Assembly: GCA_036172245.1 (NCBI GenBank)
Contig: JAYWIR010000023.1
Location: 2,170,001-2,234,000, forward strand
From: Raillietiella orientalis
Taxonomy: Eukaryota
Direction: 5' to 3'
DNA: 64,000 nt
Below, piece after piece: positions 39,385 to 53,100 of the stretch. The translations under genes were made by a program, and so were the position numbers. Numbering within the stretch: the stretch's first letter is position 1; every line of letters starts with the position of its first letter. The notes beneath the pieces were generated by a model. It was not told the DNA's origin. It ran no database searches and was given only the letters and a program-made list of their open reading frames with translations.

Positions 39385-39469
39385 GGGGGGGATGGGACTC
39401 GAATCCACGGCGCATGATGCCATGCGCGGACTGCATCCCGCCAACGCGGGTTGTTTGGCTACGGTCTCA
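39385..39469 (-). mobile_element. tRNA-like (class II, long variable arm) SINE head or tRNA pseudogene
   Basis: The minus strand has a B-box-like GGATTCGAGTCCC preceded by a perfect GCGCATG-GCAT-CATGCGC hairpin and a GCGG..CCGC arm. The acceptor stem does not close. Confidence 0.35.
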
Positions 39470-42400
39470 AATCTCCATCTTCCGGCGGAGTGTGCAGCTT
39501 TCTCTTTACCCCCGACTGTGTCTTTCTTCGAGTATTTGTCTTCAGAGTGCTGGATTCTGGAGCGCAACACCCCGTCTCTTTGCTGAGGCGCACCGCTTGG
39601 AGCCTAGAAGCTTTCGATCCTTTTGCGCGCCTCGTCCTACCCCTGGAGACCAGAAGGCAAGAATCCTGCGACGTGCAAGAGCACCAACCCCGTCTGTCTT
39701 TTCGGAGGTGAGTCATAGAGCCAATCACAGACATTTTCTCTCCTTGGCACCGCCTTGGATCTTCCGCAGCTGCTGCAGAGTTCCCGATAGGGTCCAATGG
39801 CCGACGTCAGATTTGGTGACTCTCTTATTGCGCTAAAGGACCACGAGGACCACTTTGGAGACCACCATTCTCCACTTCATGTTCCGCATGTTTACGAGAG
39901 GCCCCTCTGAGCACCTCCCCTTCCTCTTCCCCGTTCTTCAGATCTCACGTTCCCAGAGATCCTACCAATGATAAAGTGAAGCAGGCACTGCCCTGGAGGA
40001 GAAAAACAGATCTCCTTCCTTTCTTTGTCTTTCTTTCTCCAGCTCTGTACGCGAATTCCTGGAGGGAAAGCGAAACCTGGGTGGGATTCAGTTGTCGTTG
40101 TAGATCACCGAGTCCAGCTCGATTTCCAGACTGATCACTACCACTTTCAAAGCGGCATTTCCACGCCGTTTTCGCTCTTCGCTTTATCTCTTTAAATTCT
40201 TGCCGACGTCTGTTCCCTCCCCTCCCCTTCCCCACCTCTCTCTCTCGTGGAGTTGAGGCTGGTGCGGAGTTTGCTTTGGCTTCGAACAGGGACACATTCT
40301 CCCTAAGGAGCAAGAGAGACTAGCTGGAGCGACTCCAAAAAGCGCAAAGAGAAAGAAATGCGCAAACAAACGGATTTCCACCGTCTCAATGCCAAGAGAC
40401 CTTTTTTCCTTCCGGCCATCCGGTCAAGTGGATAGACGCACAACTGCCCCAGAAGAGTCGCGAAGCTGCAGCGCGACACGCCGTTCATGTGAGAGCGGAC
40501 GCCAAACCAGAAGGCAGCCGACAGCGAAGACTCCCGGAGGATCCTCCTTCTCCCAGCGCGCTCCCAGACACCAGCTGCCGCTGGACGCGCCTGCATCGCG
40601 CTGCTCAAGGCGGAAAGGTTGCCGGTGCATCCTTCCGTCATCGCTGCTCTGAAGCCTCCAACGGTCTCCTCGCTGATTTCCCATCGCGGACGGAATCTTC
40701 CTCCCTAGCGGAACGGAGTCCTCGCCCCTCTTCCAGACTCTTACGGTCGAGGGCGGAGAAGTGGAGTGCTTCCCGGAACTCGAGAATCGGCGCGCTCTCC
40801 GCGGGACCGAGTAATCCAGGAAGGAGCTGCAGGCAACTCCACCGGCCACGAGCATCTGCTGCTCGCGAAACCGAAGGAGGAGAGAGCGGACGTGGCGATG
40901 GCCACTCCACATGATCACCAGCGGCAGACTGCGAGGACGAGATGAAAAGGAAGAGGGAGAGAGAGAGAAAATTTCCTCATCCACAGAGAGTGCTGATATT
41001 TTCGCGATCCTTCCGTGCCCGAGGGATCGGAGCTTCTTTCACCGGAACAGGAACCCTGCGATCAGAGGAAAAGGAAAGGATCCTCCTGCACAAAGACGTT
41101 TTCCTTTTCCTTCGCGAATATCAGGATCCGGTTTTGGGAGCGTGTGAACGGCATTTGGGACCGAATGATGAGATGAGCCGGGAAGCAGCAGCAGGTGCGC
41201 GGACCTGGAGCCTTTCGGTTGCGTCAATTCATGGGTGGTCGGAGAGCGGTTTGGGACACGGACTTTCACCGTCTAGGAACGACCCTTTAGAACCCGTCTT
41301 TCACCACCGGACGGTCTTCTCAAGGTCGATGCGGTGCTCCCGAGAACTACTGGAGCGCAGTCGCCCCGGTTGGTAAAGAGGGTGTCCGAAGCTGCTTTGC
41401 CGTGTCGGTCCTGCAGAAAGCAGGGTGAGGTCCCGTCGGATGGAACGAGATGCAAGCATGGGTGCAAGCAAGCTTGGCTTCTCAGCCGCCGCTTGGCAGC
41501 ACCAGCCTTCGAGCGATGCTGCTGCACCCGGCAAGCCAGCGTGATGGCACCCTGCCTACGAGCCATCGCTCTGGATGCGACCTGAGCCATGCCCTTGCCG
41601 CTGACGAAGTTTCCGTTGCTCCAAGTCAGATTCGATGGGCAGAGACGGCGCCGACGTTCGGCAGAGGCTGCCAAACGTCGGAGGCATCGCAGCTGCAAGG
41701 TTTCCTTGAGGCTGCCGTCCGCCTTGGCCACCGCCCACTCTCCAGTGCCCGAAAGGGACAAGTCTCTCTTTTTCCCATCTCCTTCCCACCCACCTGCGAG
41801 TTCGGAGGGTACTCCCGAGAGCTGTGCATCGCCTCCAACTCCCAACCGCAGCAATCCGCGAGATTCACGCCTCCTCTAATAGGTGCACTGCGGCGATGAC
41901 GGGCGCTCTTCTTCCGTTGCTCACCCGCGGAGGAAGACGCTCCATGCACCCCCTTGCGGCGTTGCTGAGGGATCTCCCTGAGTCCCGAGACCCTCTCCGG
42001 AAGCCCTCGCGCGGAAGAGGAAGGATGCGAATCTCTTCTGGAATCCCGAATGAGAAAGAATAGGGTGCGAATGCTCATCCGGATGCGAAGAGGAGGAAGG
42101 GGAGGAGGAAGGACGGAAGCAAGGGCAGCTGAGGCACCTCATTCAAGCGTGTCCGGAGGCTGTTCAAGCGGCTTCCCAGATTCCGGAAGTGAACTGGCGT
42201 TCCATTCCTACAGGCGCCCGAGAGCTTCTCGTTCGCCTGCCACTACTTCCTCTTGTTCTTGACCGATACTAGGTGGTAGGAACGTGAAGAGCTGAGCAGT
42301 GAATGTAACGCCGCCTCATCCTTCCCCCCCGTTTCCCTCCTCACCCGTCCCATCCACGGCAGCCGCTCGCGTCGTGACGGAACCCTCCCCTCGGTGGCAA

Positions 42401-44621
42401 TCTGTAGGGAAATTGAGGCATCCAAGTTCTTCGCGTCCAGCGCCTCTTCCCTTCTTTCCGTCCTACTCCGAGAACCCTCGGCCGGGGAAAAAAGAGAGGT
42501 TGGTGCAAAGGAAGTCCGGTGTCGTCTCTTCTTTCCCTACTCGATCCGCCCTCCTCCTCACCGAGTTGAGCCGCCAGGGACGGGCTGTGTCGAAACGAGT
42601 TAACTGCGGTGCGGGGTTGCGCAATGTTTGGCCCGCTGGGAGCGGAGGGGGCGAGAAATGGCGCCTTTATGTTTGTGGTCCGTCACGAATTTCCGCTCTC
42701 CCGTATTGTTCGGCGCAGTTTGTGGCGGCGGAAGGAGAGTGGAGGTGCTCCGATCCGGAGGCTGGACCGAGCTGCACCCGCTGCTACGGCTGAAATTCGA
42801 GCTGGAGGAAGAGCGCGAGTCCTCGCGGGCGGCCACTGGGCAAGAGCCGCGCCGTGGACCGCCGGCATCCTCTGTTTTCCCCTGAGGTCGGTCTCCGACC
42901 ACCTGTTGTCGGGATCTCACGTGAACGCGCTCCACGCGCCGGAGACTACGACGCACATGCGCGCGCTCGCAGCCTGCCGCGGACCCGAGGGCTCCCCCGG
43001 TCGCCCGTTCCTCTTGGTCGCTTGAGCGCACGCAGAGGCGGCAGACACCCCCGTCCCTCCGTGGGAGATCACGCACGCGTTTTCGCCGAACGCAAAAAAA
43101 AATCAAGGTTGTCACTGACGGCAAGCGGCATCCATTAGTGATGGTGTCTGCGAAGACATCATCATTAATGGATGCCACCTCTTTCATGAACTCCGGCGCA
43201 GAAACTTTCGGAGCGACTCTCTATCTTCTCACTGCGCAACCACCCCTTTTTTTCTTCCTAGGCACCTTCCCTCTCTGCTCGAAAGAGAACGTGACTAGAC
43301 GTACGCCGCGGAGCGCGTCCACGTCGCCCTACCTCCTCACGGGGGAACGGGCACCCAATCCTGCGGCACCTTCCTCCCCCTCCCTTCCTCAAGGGATGGG
43401 CGAGGCTGTGGTTTTCACTTTGAGCACCTCGGATCGCCTGTCTGACTGCCTTTCGCCGCCTCCGTGCGCGCGCTGAAGAGGTGGCGGCGGTGCGGAGGCG
43501 GTGGCCCCGTTTCCGCGTGCGCGGGTGGGCGGGCGCGAGTTCGGAGAACGGCGAGGGGGAGCTGAAGAAGAAAGGAAGGAGAGAGTCTCCAGTAGGGGGA
43601 AGGGGAGGGACGCAAAGCAGCAGAAGATCCGATTCCGAGCTGCTGCGGTCGTTCGTCCACCTAAGGAAGAAGCAAATCCCCGGAAAGCGGCCAAAGTCCT
43701 GCTGCCGTCCTTTCGCCGCTCCGCCTTCAGAGTGTCCGTGGGAGCGAAGAGGGCCGGAAGTTCCGGATGCGTTGGGGAAAGGAGGCGAGAGAGTTGCAGC
43801 TCGTGCCGGTGGCGGCGAGGATTGGGGGAGAAATAAGGAAGAGGTCACGAAGAAGTTCTTGTTCTCTTCGCTCCAGGATCGAATGCCCGAAAAGCTCCAC
43901 CCATATTCTCCACCTTCTTCCCTCTCCCTCTTTGAAGCAGTGTGCCGGCTTCATGATCTCGACATGCAGAAGCGGGTTCAGATGTCCATCCCCTCCATTC
44001 CCTTACCACCCTTCTCGTCTTCATTTGGTAGGCACTTTGCGAGTAAATTCCGCAGGGCACGAGGTTCCCCCGAGGGGGGTGGGGGGGTGGGAGGGGAGGA
44101 ATGACCAGAAAGAAGGTTTTTTTTTGCTTCCTCAAGACGGGAGACATTATCAGATGGGCTTCCAAGAGAAGTCCTGGGAGCGCGCACGAAGAAGGGAGGT
44201 CCTTTTGCTGAAGAGAAAGAATTCCTTCCGAGGATTCCCGGAGCGATCTCTTTTACGTAGGAGGTGAGGGACACAGGAAAGGAGAACCGCAACACACTTC
44301 TTCATTTGATCAGTGGGAGGGAACGAAGAAGGAAATAAAATGGAATTAAAAGAAAAAAGAAAAAAAAAAAAAAAAGGCAGAGGAGGAAGGGCGTCAAGGT
44401 GCGAGCAGCGCTCGGCGTGAGTGCGTAAATGTCTCCCTCTCCACACATGTTGCAGAGCCGCGGTATCTACGCTGGATGGGGGAGCACGAAGCTCTCTCAG
44501 CTACGTAATCGATGTTAGCTCGATTTGCACAATTGCGTTTCGTTATAGAGCACAGTTTCCGCTCAGAGCTCGGATACTGCCTTCCTGTTTCTCTCTTTTT
44601 ATCCTTCTTTCGTTTCTTTTC

Positions 44622-44780
44622 TTTTTTTTTTTTTTTTTTTATGCCGCTCTGTCGCTACGAGAGGAACTTTTCCCTTTTAATCCCCCTCGCAGGCCTACGG
44701 GGATTCGAACCGCAAACGAGAGATTCTGGTCTCCATAGCTAAACTTGCGGGCACCGCTGCTAGGGACGACTGGCGGCCAT
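44622..44780 (-). mobile_element. tRNA-derived SINE-like element with poly(A) tail
   Basis: Minus strand: A-box-like TAGCAGCGGTG, canonical B box GGTTCGAATCC (about 44701-44711), then a long A tract (T-run 44622-44640 on +). No cloverleaf. Confidence 0.5.
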
Positions 44781-46589
44781 TTTTTCTGATCGGCACGAGT
44801 CACTTTGCGAAATCCCGGTGACCTGTTCTTCCAATGTAAAGATCCGTTAATAGAAACGGACCCTACGCGTGTCTGTAGACGCTGCCTACAGAAACGGGTC
44901 GCTTGTGACCTGGATCATGCAGACGAGGTATTGGCCTTCTGGTGCATTGGATTTTCGCGAACGTTGGACCACTTCTGTTCCCTTTTCCCGCCTACTCTGT
45001 GCGCAAGACAAAAACTCTGAGTGCTTGACGATGCACTTTGTCCGTCTCATGCCATCTCGTTGTCAATTTGCTTCCCGTGTGCATCACGATGTGACTCTGG
45101 AAAGTGAACCGTTTAACTCTCGCGGTGGCCCGTTTGCCCCCCAGAATTGGATTCGTTCCATGGAAACTGTATTTATGTGCAACAATGATTCTGTTACGGA
45201 TATCGGAAGTAAGCTTCTCTTCCGCGTACTCGGATAAGGTCATCCTCAAGCAAAATGAACGACGGATGTTCGGCGAGAATACTGGAAATGGATAAAAAAG
45301 GATGTACAGGAAAGGAGGGTGGCAAGAGAAAACACAAGGCAAGAAGAAAAAAAACACGAGGGACGTGGATCTTCGGCTGGGTGTATTATAGGAGGCATCC
45401 GCACGAGCCTACTCAGGGATTCTGATCCTTGCCGTGGTTGTCATAGAATGGGACGGATCCTCCGATCAGGAACTCCGACATGTCTATTCGTCTGGAAAAG
45501 AAAGAGAGAGGAAAAAAAAAAAAAAAACACGTCACTAAATGTTGAAGAGATCCTGGAAAACAACAGCAAAGTATGCATACACTCATACATGCTCACACGG
45601 CATTCCATTGAGGCGGGAGGGAGGGAAGAGGGGAGGGGGAGGGGGAGAGAGAGAGAGAGAGAGAGGAGGCAAAAAAGGACGCGTTCAGTTTGCTTACGGG
45701 CTTCTGCTTACGTTGTAAACTTCCATCCTCACCGCATCTCCTGTGCCTCTCGCCTCTCTGTTTCCACGGGGTAACATTGAGCCGCGAAGATGAGCGGGAA
45801 AGAGGAATAGAACCCAGGGAAGCGGACCGAGGGAAATGGAGGTGATAGAGCGAAATGAAAACAAAAGCACTCTGAAGATTCTCTAAGGTAATAAAAAGGG
45901 AGAAGTGGTCGAAGAGTCGTGTGCAAGAGGGGGGTGAAGATACACAGATAGAATTAAAAGCTGCCGCTGTGTCCTTGCTTTCCCGATCGTCCTCGTTTCG
46001 AAGGTTGCCCAACCTTCGTCCGAATCTTCGGGAAGATGTGAGGGACGAGGAGAAAAGCAGATGGGGGAGCGTCATGAACCAAGAAAGGAATGTCGATAGA
46101 CATCCGCCAAAGGAGACGGTGAGGACAGCAAAGGAAATGGCGGAGGCGATGGCAGGTACGTGAGAAGGAGGTGGTGGTCCACAGCGAAAAAGAGGTTCCA
46201 ACTTCCCATGCCTCCCCTTTTCGAAGGGGTGGAGAAGCAGGATCATCTTTCAGTTCTCCTCTTCTCCCTTCTCTCCATTCTCCCATCCCCTCTCCTTCTT
46301 TTCCTCTTCCTCTTTTCAACTGGGTTGGATTAAGCCGTGGGAGTGGGTAACCCTGACTAATTCATCTCAGTTCCGTACTTTATCTCTCTCCCTGGAGAGA
46401 AAAAGAAAAAGAAAAACGGGATGAGTCTTTAGGGGGACAGGAAGGTACAAACTATCCACTCCTTAAGAACTTGAGATCGGGCAACCTTTCCTCGAAAACT
46501 TCAAGGATAGCGAGAGATCGTGTCTTCCTGTCTACGAAGGAACAAGGGGAAGGGAGGAATGGAAGAAGAGGGTGCAGCTCGTTGTCCTT

Positions 46590-48322
46590 TCAAACACGCC
46601 CTCCCTTTTGTTCTCTTGGATTTCTTGTGTTTCTTGCTGCCGCCCCGACTTCGATAGAGGAGAAGAGAGAGAGGCAGTAGTCAAGAGGGGAAGAACATTT
46701 CCATGGGAAAACAAGGATAAGGAGAGCAAAAAGGGATGCGGAAAAAGCAGCTGGATAAGGGAAGGAGGGAAAGGAAGAAAGAAGAAAAATCCTCCTCTTC
46801 CTCCCCCTCCCCACAAGGGAGAGCATAGCCTGTGTCAAGTACTGCGGTTCCGGCGGCCTGCCGCACACACCCAGGTCCTCTGCCTCGTGGTGAACTTCGA
46901 CCAGCAGCAGGTAGCACAATGCTCCCACGATGCCCCCTATGTGGCAGGCGACGAAGGGGATCCACCAGAAGCTCACCTCAAAGGGGCTGCAAGAAGCAGG
47001 AGGGCAGGCGTGAGTGTGAGTGCGGCTGCTTGGAGGGGAGGAGGAGGGCGAAGGGGTGTGAAACAAGCCGAGGGAGAGGAGGGCATAGGCAGGTAGGCAG
47101 GCAGGCAAAGGTCGCGGGAGACTCGGGATCCACGACTTAGCCATGCCTCCTCCTCTCGCTTCCCTCTTCCTTCCCCCAGCTTGCCACCCCTTCCAGGGGC
47201 AACTCACTTCATGACGTCCCTGATCGACCAGCCGGTAACGATGGTGAGGATCCTTGGAGAGAGGTCCCTTGCCGGGTTGAGGGCCGCACCACAGTTGAAT
47301 CCGAAGGCCATGAGGATGCCGATGAGTCCGAAGCTGATGGCAAAGGGAAGCAGCTCGTTCGGGAGCTTAGCATTCCTGCGGTCCACGGCGGCAGACACCA
47401 AAATGAGCAACAGCGCCGTGCCCACGATCTGATCAATGAAGGCACCGGAAGCGCTCAGAAAAGGCTGCGGGTACGTAGCGAAGATGCTTGCCGTGTCCAG
47501 ACCAGGAGACGTCCCGTTCCAGTACTCTTGCAAAGCCTCTGATGAAGGAAGAGAAGGAAGGGATGAGACGGTCCGGAGTGGGACAGCGGCTCACCTGTGA
47601 ACACCCCATACACCATGCCCGCTCCCAGGAAGGCTCCCAGGTACTGCGCGAGCCAGAACACCAGCAGCTGCTTCCACTGGCTCTTCTTGACGATAACGAA
47701 TGCTAGCGTCACCGCGGGGTTCAAATGGGCTCCTGAAGAGGGTGGATGGTATGGAAGAAAGGCACACACGGTGAATTCGAGGAAATGTGTTTCTTTTCCC
47801 GGCCTCCCACATGCCCACCAGAAACGCCTCCCGCAACCAGGATCCCGATGAGGAGGGCGAAGCCGTAGCCTAGGCAGATCGACACCACATTGCCGGCAGC
47901 TCCCCTGCTCAGCACGGCCGACGCGATGCAGGAGTCTCCAATCCCCTGAAGATCACATGACGCTGACGAAGGCATCAGGTCCGTTTCGGGGAGCGTGCAA
48001 ACAATCGCGCTCTGCCTCCCTCCCGTTCACCTCACCTCCTCCCTCCCCAGCATCCTGTCAAGAGATCCCTCCCAAGATGAGGAAAGAGAAAGGAGGGAAG
48101 GAAGTAAATGCGCATGGGAAGGGGGGGGGGGGAAAGGAGCAGAGGGTTGCAAATGGATGGGTAGCTGCGCTCGCTTACCACCAGTAGGAAGGTTCCTAGC
48201 AGTTCGGCAAAGAACTGCTTAGGGAGGGTGTGCTTGAGATGGACCTTCTCGCCGACCTTGTCCACGAACTGACCGAACGCCTTTCGTCCAGTGAGGCGGT
48301 AGGTGACCTGGCTGGAAGACAT
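46590..48322 (-). CDS. Aquaglyceroporin (MIP family, AQP3/7/9/10-Glp type)
   Basis: Exons 48322-48179, 47945-47819, 47732-47595, 47538-47208 and from 46986, all GT-AG and in phase. Motifs AELLGTFLLV, GGVSGAHLNPAVT, AQYLGAFLG, TASIFATYP, FIDQIVGTALL, GFNCGAALNPARD (D after the second NPA is the glyceroporin signature) and FWWIP. The C-terminus after about 46830 probably splices; 46590 is only the first in-frame stop. Confidence 0.93.
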
Positions 48323-49659
48323 CGTGGAGGTGTGTGGAGTGATGAGGCGCAGGAGGTTGAATCAGCCTGGCTGTTGTTGTCTAGCGAAGTCTCAGGGGAC
48401 CGCCGTGAGGGGCACAGGGGGAGGGGCGTGCGCGCGCGCGAGCGAGCCGAGAGGTATCTTCCCGCGTTCTCTCGGAGACAGCCGGGCAGCCGAACTGGCG
48501 CGTGCGGCTGACGCCGTGCGCGGGATTCTCTCCCTGTGCGTCTGTGTGTGTGTCGTCCGGGAGCATGCGCCGGGGGGCCGACCAACACCTGCAAAGCGGC
48601 GGCAGAGACAACGGAGGCGGCAGGAGAGTACGCTGGTGGTGGCATTAGGGTGCTTGCGTGCGTGCTCTAGGGAGAAGATGAACGAGCACTCGCGAGAGAG
48701 CAGGAGGAGATAAGAGAAGCAGAGGAGGAGGAGCGCTGTCATGAGGCCGGGCACTGGCGGCCTTCCTCGTTCTCTTCTCCTCTCTACTCTTGAAAACCGG
48801 ATTATTCTTTTAAAGAAGGCAGTATGTACTGTTCGCGCGACACATTCCGCCAAGGGGAAGAAGGTGAAAGTCCACTAGAGACTAGGCGCTTGAGCTCCGG
48901 GGCCCCGTAGTTGATAGGGCCGATTGTCCTCTCAGGAGGCGCTATCGTCACCTATCCAGGGTGAAGATGTGGGAAACGAATCGAATATGAGAAGCACGGT
49001 AGAGGCAGACTTGTCGGGTAGACTTGTCTTTCAGACCGATAATGGTGGCATCCACTATAAGAGAGGGAGTACTCGTTCTAATCCTCCTTCCCCTCGGTAG
49101 GGGGTAGAAGGTGCGAGAGACCAGAACGGAGTGAAGCTCCTGCGCCAGTTTCTAGTGCGAGTGTCCCCGCAGATCGCAGCTAAGCCGAGGACTGAAATCA
49201 GGCGATACGGAGGAAGAGTGCAAAAAAGGGATTTTGGCATCCCGGAAGCGCTTCGCGGCAACGGTTTTCCTACTCTGGATGCATTTCCCTTCCTCTATCT
49301 CCCATCTTTTTTCTTTTAGAGAGGTCGCTGTCCCTAATAAGAAACGTCTTATACCACTGTAAAGAACCATAAGCTGTAGACCCTCCCTTTGGAGAGCAGG
49401 AGCACGCGCAAGGAGGAATCACAATCGCCGGAAGAAGAAGAGGATGGATTCAGGGGTGCCGGATGAGGGGTCCAATTACCTGTCCTTCCCCTCTCTGGGC
49501 AGCGACTCTTTGCTAAACCCGTTGTTCTCGTTCCCGAAGAAAAAATGGCTGTCTTTTCGACTGCTACCTCCTCTGGTGGAAATTCTGGAAGAGCGGCTCA
49601 TTAATCACGGGAGAAGAGGGGAGGAATGATAAGAAAAAGTGAAAAACACGGAACAGACG

Positions 49660-50110
49660 AAGAGGGTGAGGCCTATCCCGTTTGTGGACTGCGGGAACAA
49701 ATCCTCGGGTTTGGGTGACGCATGAGAGGGGAAGGAAGGAAACGGGAATAAAACAGGAGTGGAAGAAGGGGAAGGAGAGCAAGCGGCTGCAGCATGCACA
49801 GAACCAGATGGAAGTCGGAGCAGCAGCAAGCGAATTCTGGATCTTGACCCAGGTCGTCGGGAAATGAAAGGAAGGGAACCGAGGCAGATCCTAAACAGGG
49901 CATGCGAAAGGAGAAGAGTCTCCAGGGAGATCGCCATTATCGGGAGCCCCTTCTAGAATGGAAGGAAGGTCTTTAACCAAGGACCTCTTTCGTCATCCTC
50001 CCGTCTATTTTTGTTTATTTATTGTCCCCTCCCTCCGTTCCCTACTTTTTGGAATCTCGCCTGCGTGCCTGCTGAACTTTTTTTTTTTTATTGGAATTTC
50101 TTGTTTTATG
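49660..50110 (+). mobile_element. Possible older, more diverged 3' fragment of the same L1/Tx1-like family (copy D)
   Basis: FVDC (about 49687), KEGNRG, RMEGR..TKDL (GGACCTC..CATCCT as in copy A), then a T-rich tract, in the same order as copies A-C. Confidence 0.35.
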
Positions 50111-53100
50111 CAGGTGCGGCCTGGAGGAAGGCACAGGGGAAGGAGATATATGAGTTTCACATGTCTCGACATTACTCATCCCCGAGGACCCTCGTTTGGA
50201 CTTGAAGGTGAGCGACCGGAAAAATGTTTAGGAGAGAAGAGAGAAGGGGATGGATAGGCAAAGGAGCAGGAAGGACTTGCTCTTGAGCTCATGTCGGAGG
50301 AGGCATGGTCTCTTGGGAACAAGTCCGACGGTTGCACGTAGATGTGCACCCGAGCGAACGTCAAGATAAGTCTTTCCCTTCCCAATAACGCCCTCTGGCA
50401 ATTGTCAAGGGACTGGGTCGCGGTGCTTTTCAGGCAGTCGACCCGATGGTCATCGATGGCGAGGAGGAGTCATTCAGAAATGTCTAGGGGAAGGGGCAAG
50501 AGAAGACCTGCAGTTTACCCTGGACAAAATCTAGTGCATTCTCCACCTCAGTCTGTTTCCCGCCCACTCACTCTCGATAGAAGAGGGTAGTCTGTAACAT
50601 GCCATGCCAATGCCCCTTCTATTGCCTCAATTTCCTAGTTCTTCCTGTCTGGAGCCATTCTTCGTGGAGATTCCCGTACCAAAAGCACCAACGTTTCAGG
50701 AAGAGCGTGAGACTTTCAAGTCAAGCACTCACTCACGAGCATCCAAGGAAATAGACTGTCTTTTTTTTTTGTTTGCTTGTTTGGAAGGGCCTTCAAAAGG
50801 CTCCGAGCCTGCCTCTATTTCATCCTCTTTTCCAGGATCCAGAAGATCACTGGGAGAAGGATCCGTGCGCTTCTCTTTCCTCTCTCCCCATCAGTCCGAC
50901 GATCAAGACGGCAAACAGCTCCACTCAGGCAGCGAGGAAGAGAGCCGCATCGCATAGAGAGCATCTCCACACACCACCTCTCGCAGAACGGCACACCTCA
51001 GTCCGTCTGCCTCATAAAAGCAAATGTGCTGTCCCCCCCCCCCCTTCCCTCCCCACACACGCACGCTCACTCGCTCTCTTTCTCTCTCTCCCCCTGACTT
51101 CCACTCTTCCTGTCCTCTCCTGCCTGGCGAAAGCAGTAGGGAGGAACGAGATCGACAGCCGCCAAAGTGCACAGAGTTCGAATTTGCTTCCTTGCTCCGC
51201 AGGAGGCGAAAACAAAGGCAGAGGCAAGAAGGCTCCGCCGGTCCAAAAGGCACCCGACAGACCTCGGACTTTTCACACTTCCAATGACCGAAAAGACCCC
51301 AGTCACCTCCGCCCACCTCAAGCGTCGTCAGCGGTTCTGAGCCCAGACTGGGAAAACAAAGCAGCCTCTGCCGCTCCAGAGCGCTCTCGGTGAAAAGTGG
51401 CGCCTCAGCCTTTGCCTTCATCAGTCAGCTCATTGTTTGCTCAACAATTAGACGGAGCTCGGCTCCTGAAATCGCGCCTCTCGCAGAACAATCTCGGAGA
51501 CGACCTTTATCCCCGTTCAGGCATTGCAGACCAAACAGCCTCTCATCCATCGCTTTCTCTAGGAAGTGTGTGCGCTTACGTGCGCTCGAAATGCATCTAG
51601 ATGCCTCGGATGCAGCGCACGAGAGCTGCCCCATCGCATTCTGCTTAGGACCCCCCCCCCGCCCACAGTCAAAAAGAAGCCCACGCCTTTCTCACCCCTG
51701 GTTCATAGGAAGAGCTGCGAGAGAGTTGTCGTCGAAACAGGGTGCTCGGGGGCCTTAGGAATCCGGGCCCGCGTCCCTCAGACGAAGATCACGAAAGCGG
51801 GCTGACTCTCAACCTGGACACTCCCTCCAGCGAGCGACCCAGCCATCCAGCAGGGAAGCCGGGTGACCGTTTGCTACACAATCCGAATGCACCTGGGTAA
51901 AAAGCACTCAGCTATTTCACAGTAACCACGTTTCGCCCGCTCGGTCTCAGTCACTGACCGTTGCACTAATAGGCACAGCGAGTGTAACAATAGCAGCAAG
52001 TAGGTAATCACACTGTTGGAACAGAAGTTCCATGGAAGCTTTGGAACAGAACAATCGGAAAGACCTTGCCGGAAATGCCTGGTCCTCTTCTCCAGGGTGT
52101 CTTGAACTCTTGCCCCCTGGTTTCTCTTCTGCGGAATGAATGGAAAAAAAGGGAAGAAGAAGAACAGGAAAAAAAAAAAAGAAAAATCAGAATTCTCCTT
52201 TGTTGCGTTTTTGATTTCCCTCTGGTGTGCTTTCAGCATCGCGGTCCACACAGTCAGTCTCCGTGTACATCGTAGCATGTGTTTGCTCGAGCAACGTGTC
52301 TGCCGCCAACACTTTAATTGAGAAAGAAATGAAAGTGGAGCGCCAAATCCGTAACTCGAGTTGCTTTAATGGGGTGTCCACGACCTTTAATGAAGGGAAA
52401 AACTCTAATGAAATCTCCCCCCCCCCCCTCACATACACACACACACTCGCTAGAAGCTTGAGATTTTATGAAATGCTTCTTCGAAGGGAATAACGGGACG
52501 AATTTTCTCTCTTTTGTGGAACGCGTGGGGAACGCAACCTCTCGGCACATATCTCGTGCTGATTGCAAGTGATGCTGAGTGGGCACCGCCGAAGGTGGTA
52601 CGTTATATGTTGCAGACAGCAAAATTTATTTTCAGGGAACGGATCATTTCAGACGTCAGCATTCCCGTGTAGTTTTCCTTTTCTGTTTTAGATGATTTTG
52701 ACCAAGACTTAGATGATTCCAAAGACGAAAAAAAAAAATTTGTTAGGTCACCACCATTCGTCTGAAAGGGCTCCCATTCCATTCCCATCATTCCGAGTAC
52801 TTTTTCCTGGAGATTCCTGGAGCTTTTTCTCCTGCACGTCGAACGCGTGCGCGTAACTTGGTTCGCGAAAGTACTGGCGTGCGAACCCGCTGACCTTTTG
52901 CTCTAAGGGCGCCTTGTTCCTGAAGGGATCAAGGATCCATCCTTGGAAACGACTTCAACTTTCGAGCACTGGCGTACTCGAATGAAGAAATCAAGAAGGC
53001 AAATGCAGGAGCGGCTGCGGGGTGGTCCGAAATCGTGAGGTTGCACAACTGGCTTCAGGCTCACCGCGGCATACAGCCGTCGCGCCTCGACGCCGTTAAA

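Noticed and set aside
44683..44765. Functional tRNA gene
   Set aside because: A B box is present but there are no acceptor or anticodon stems, so it is treated as SINE-like.
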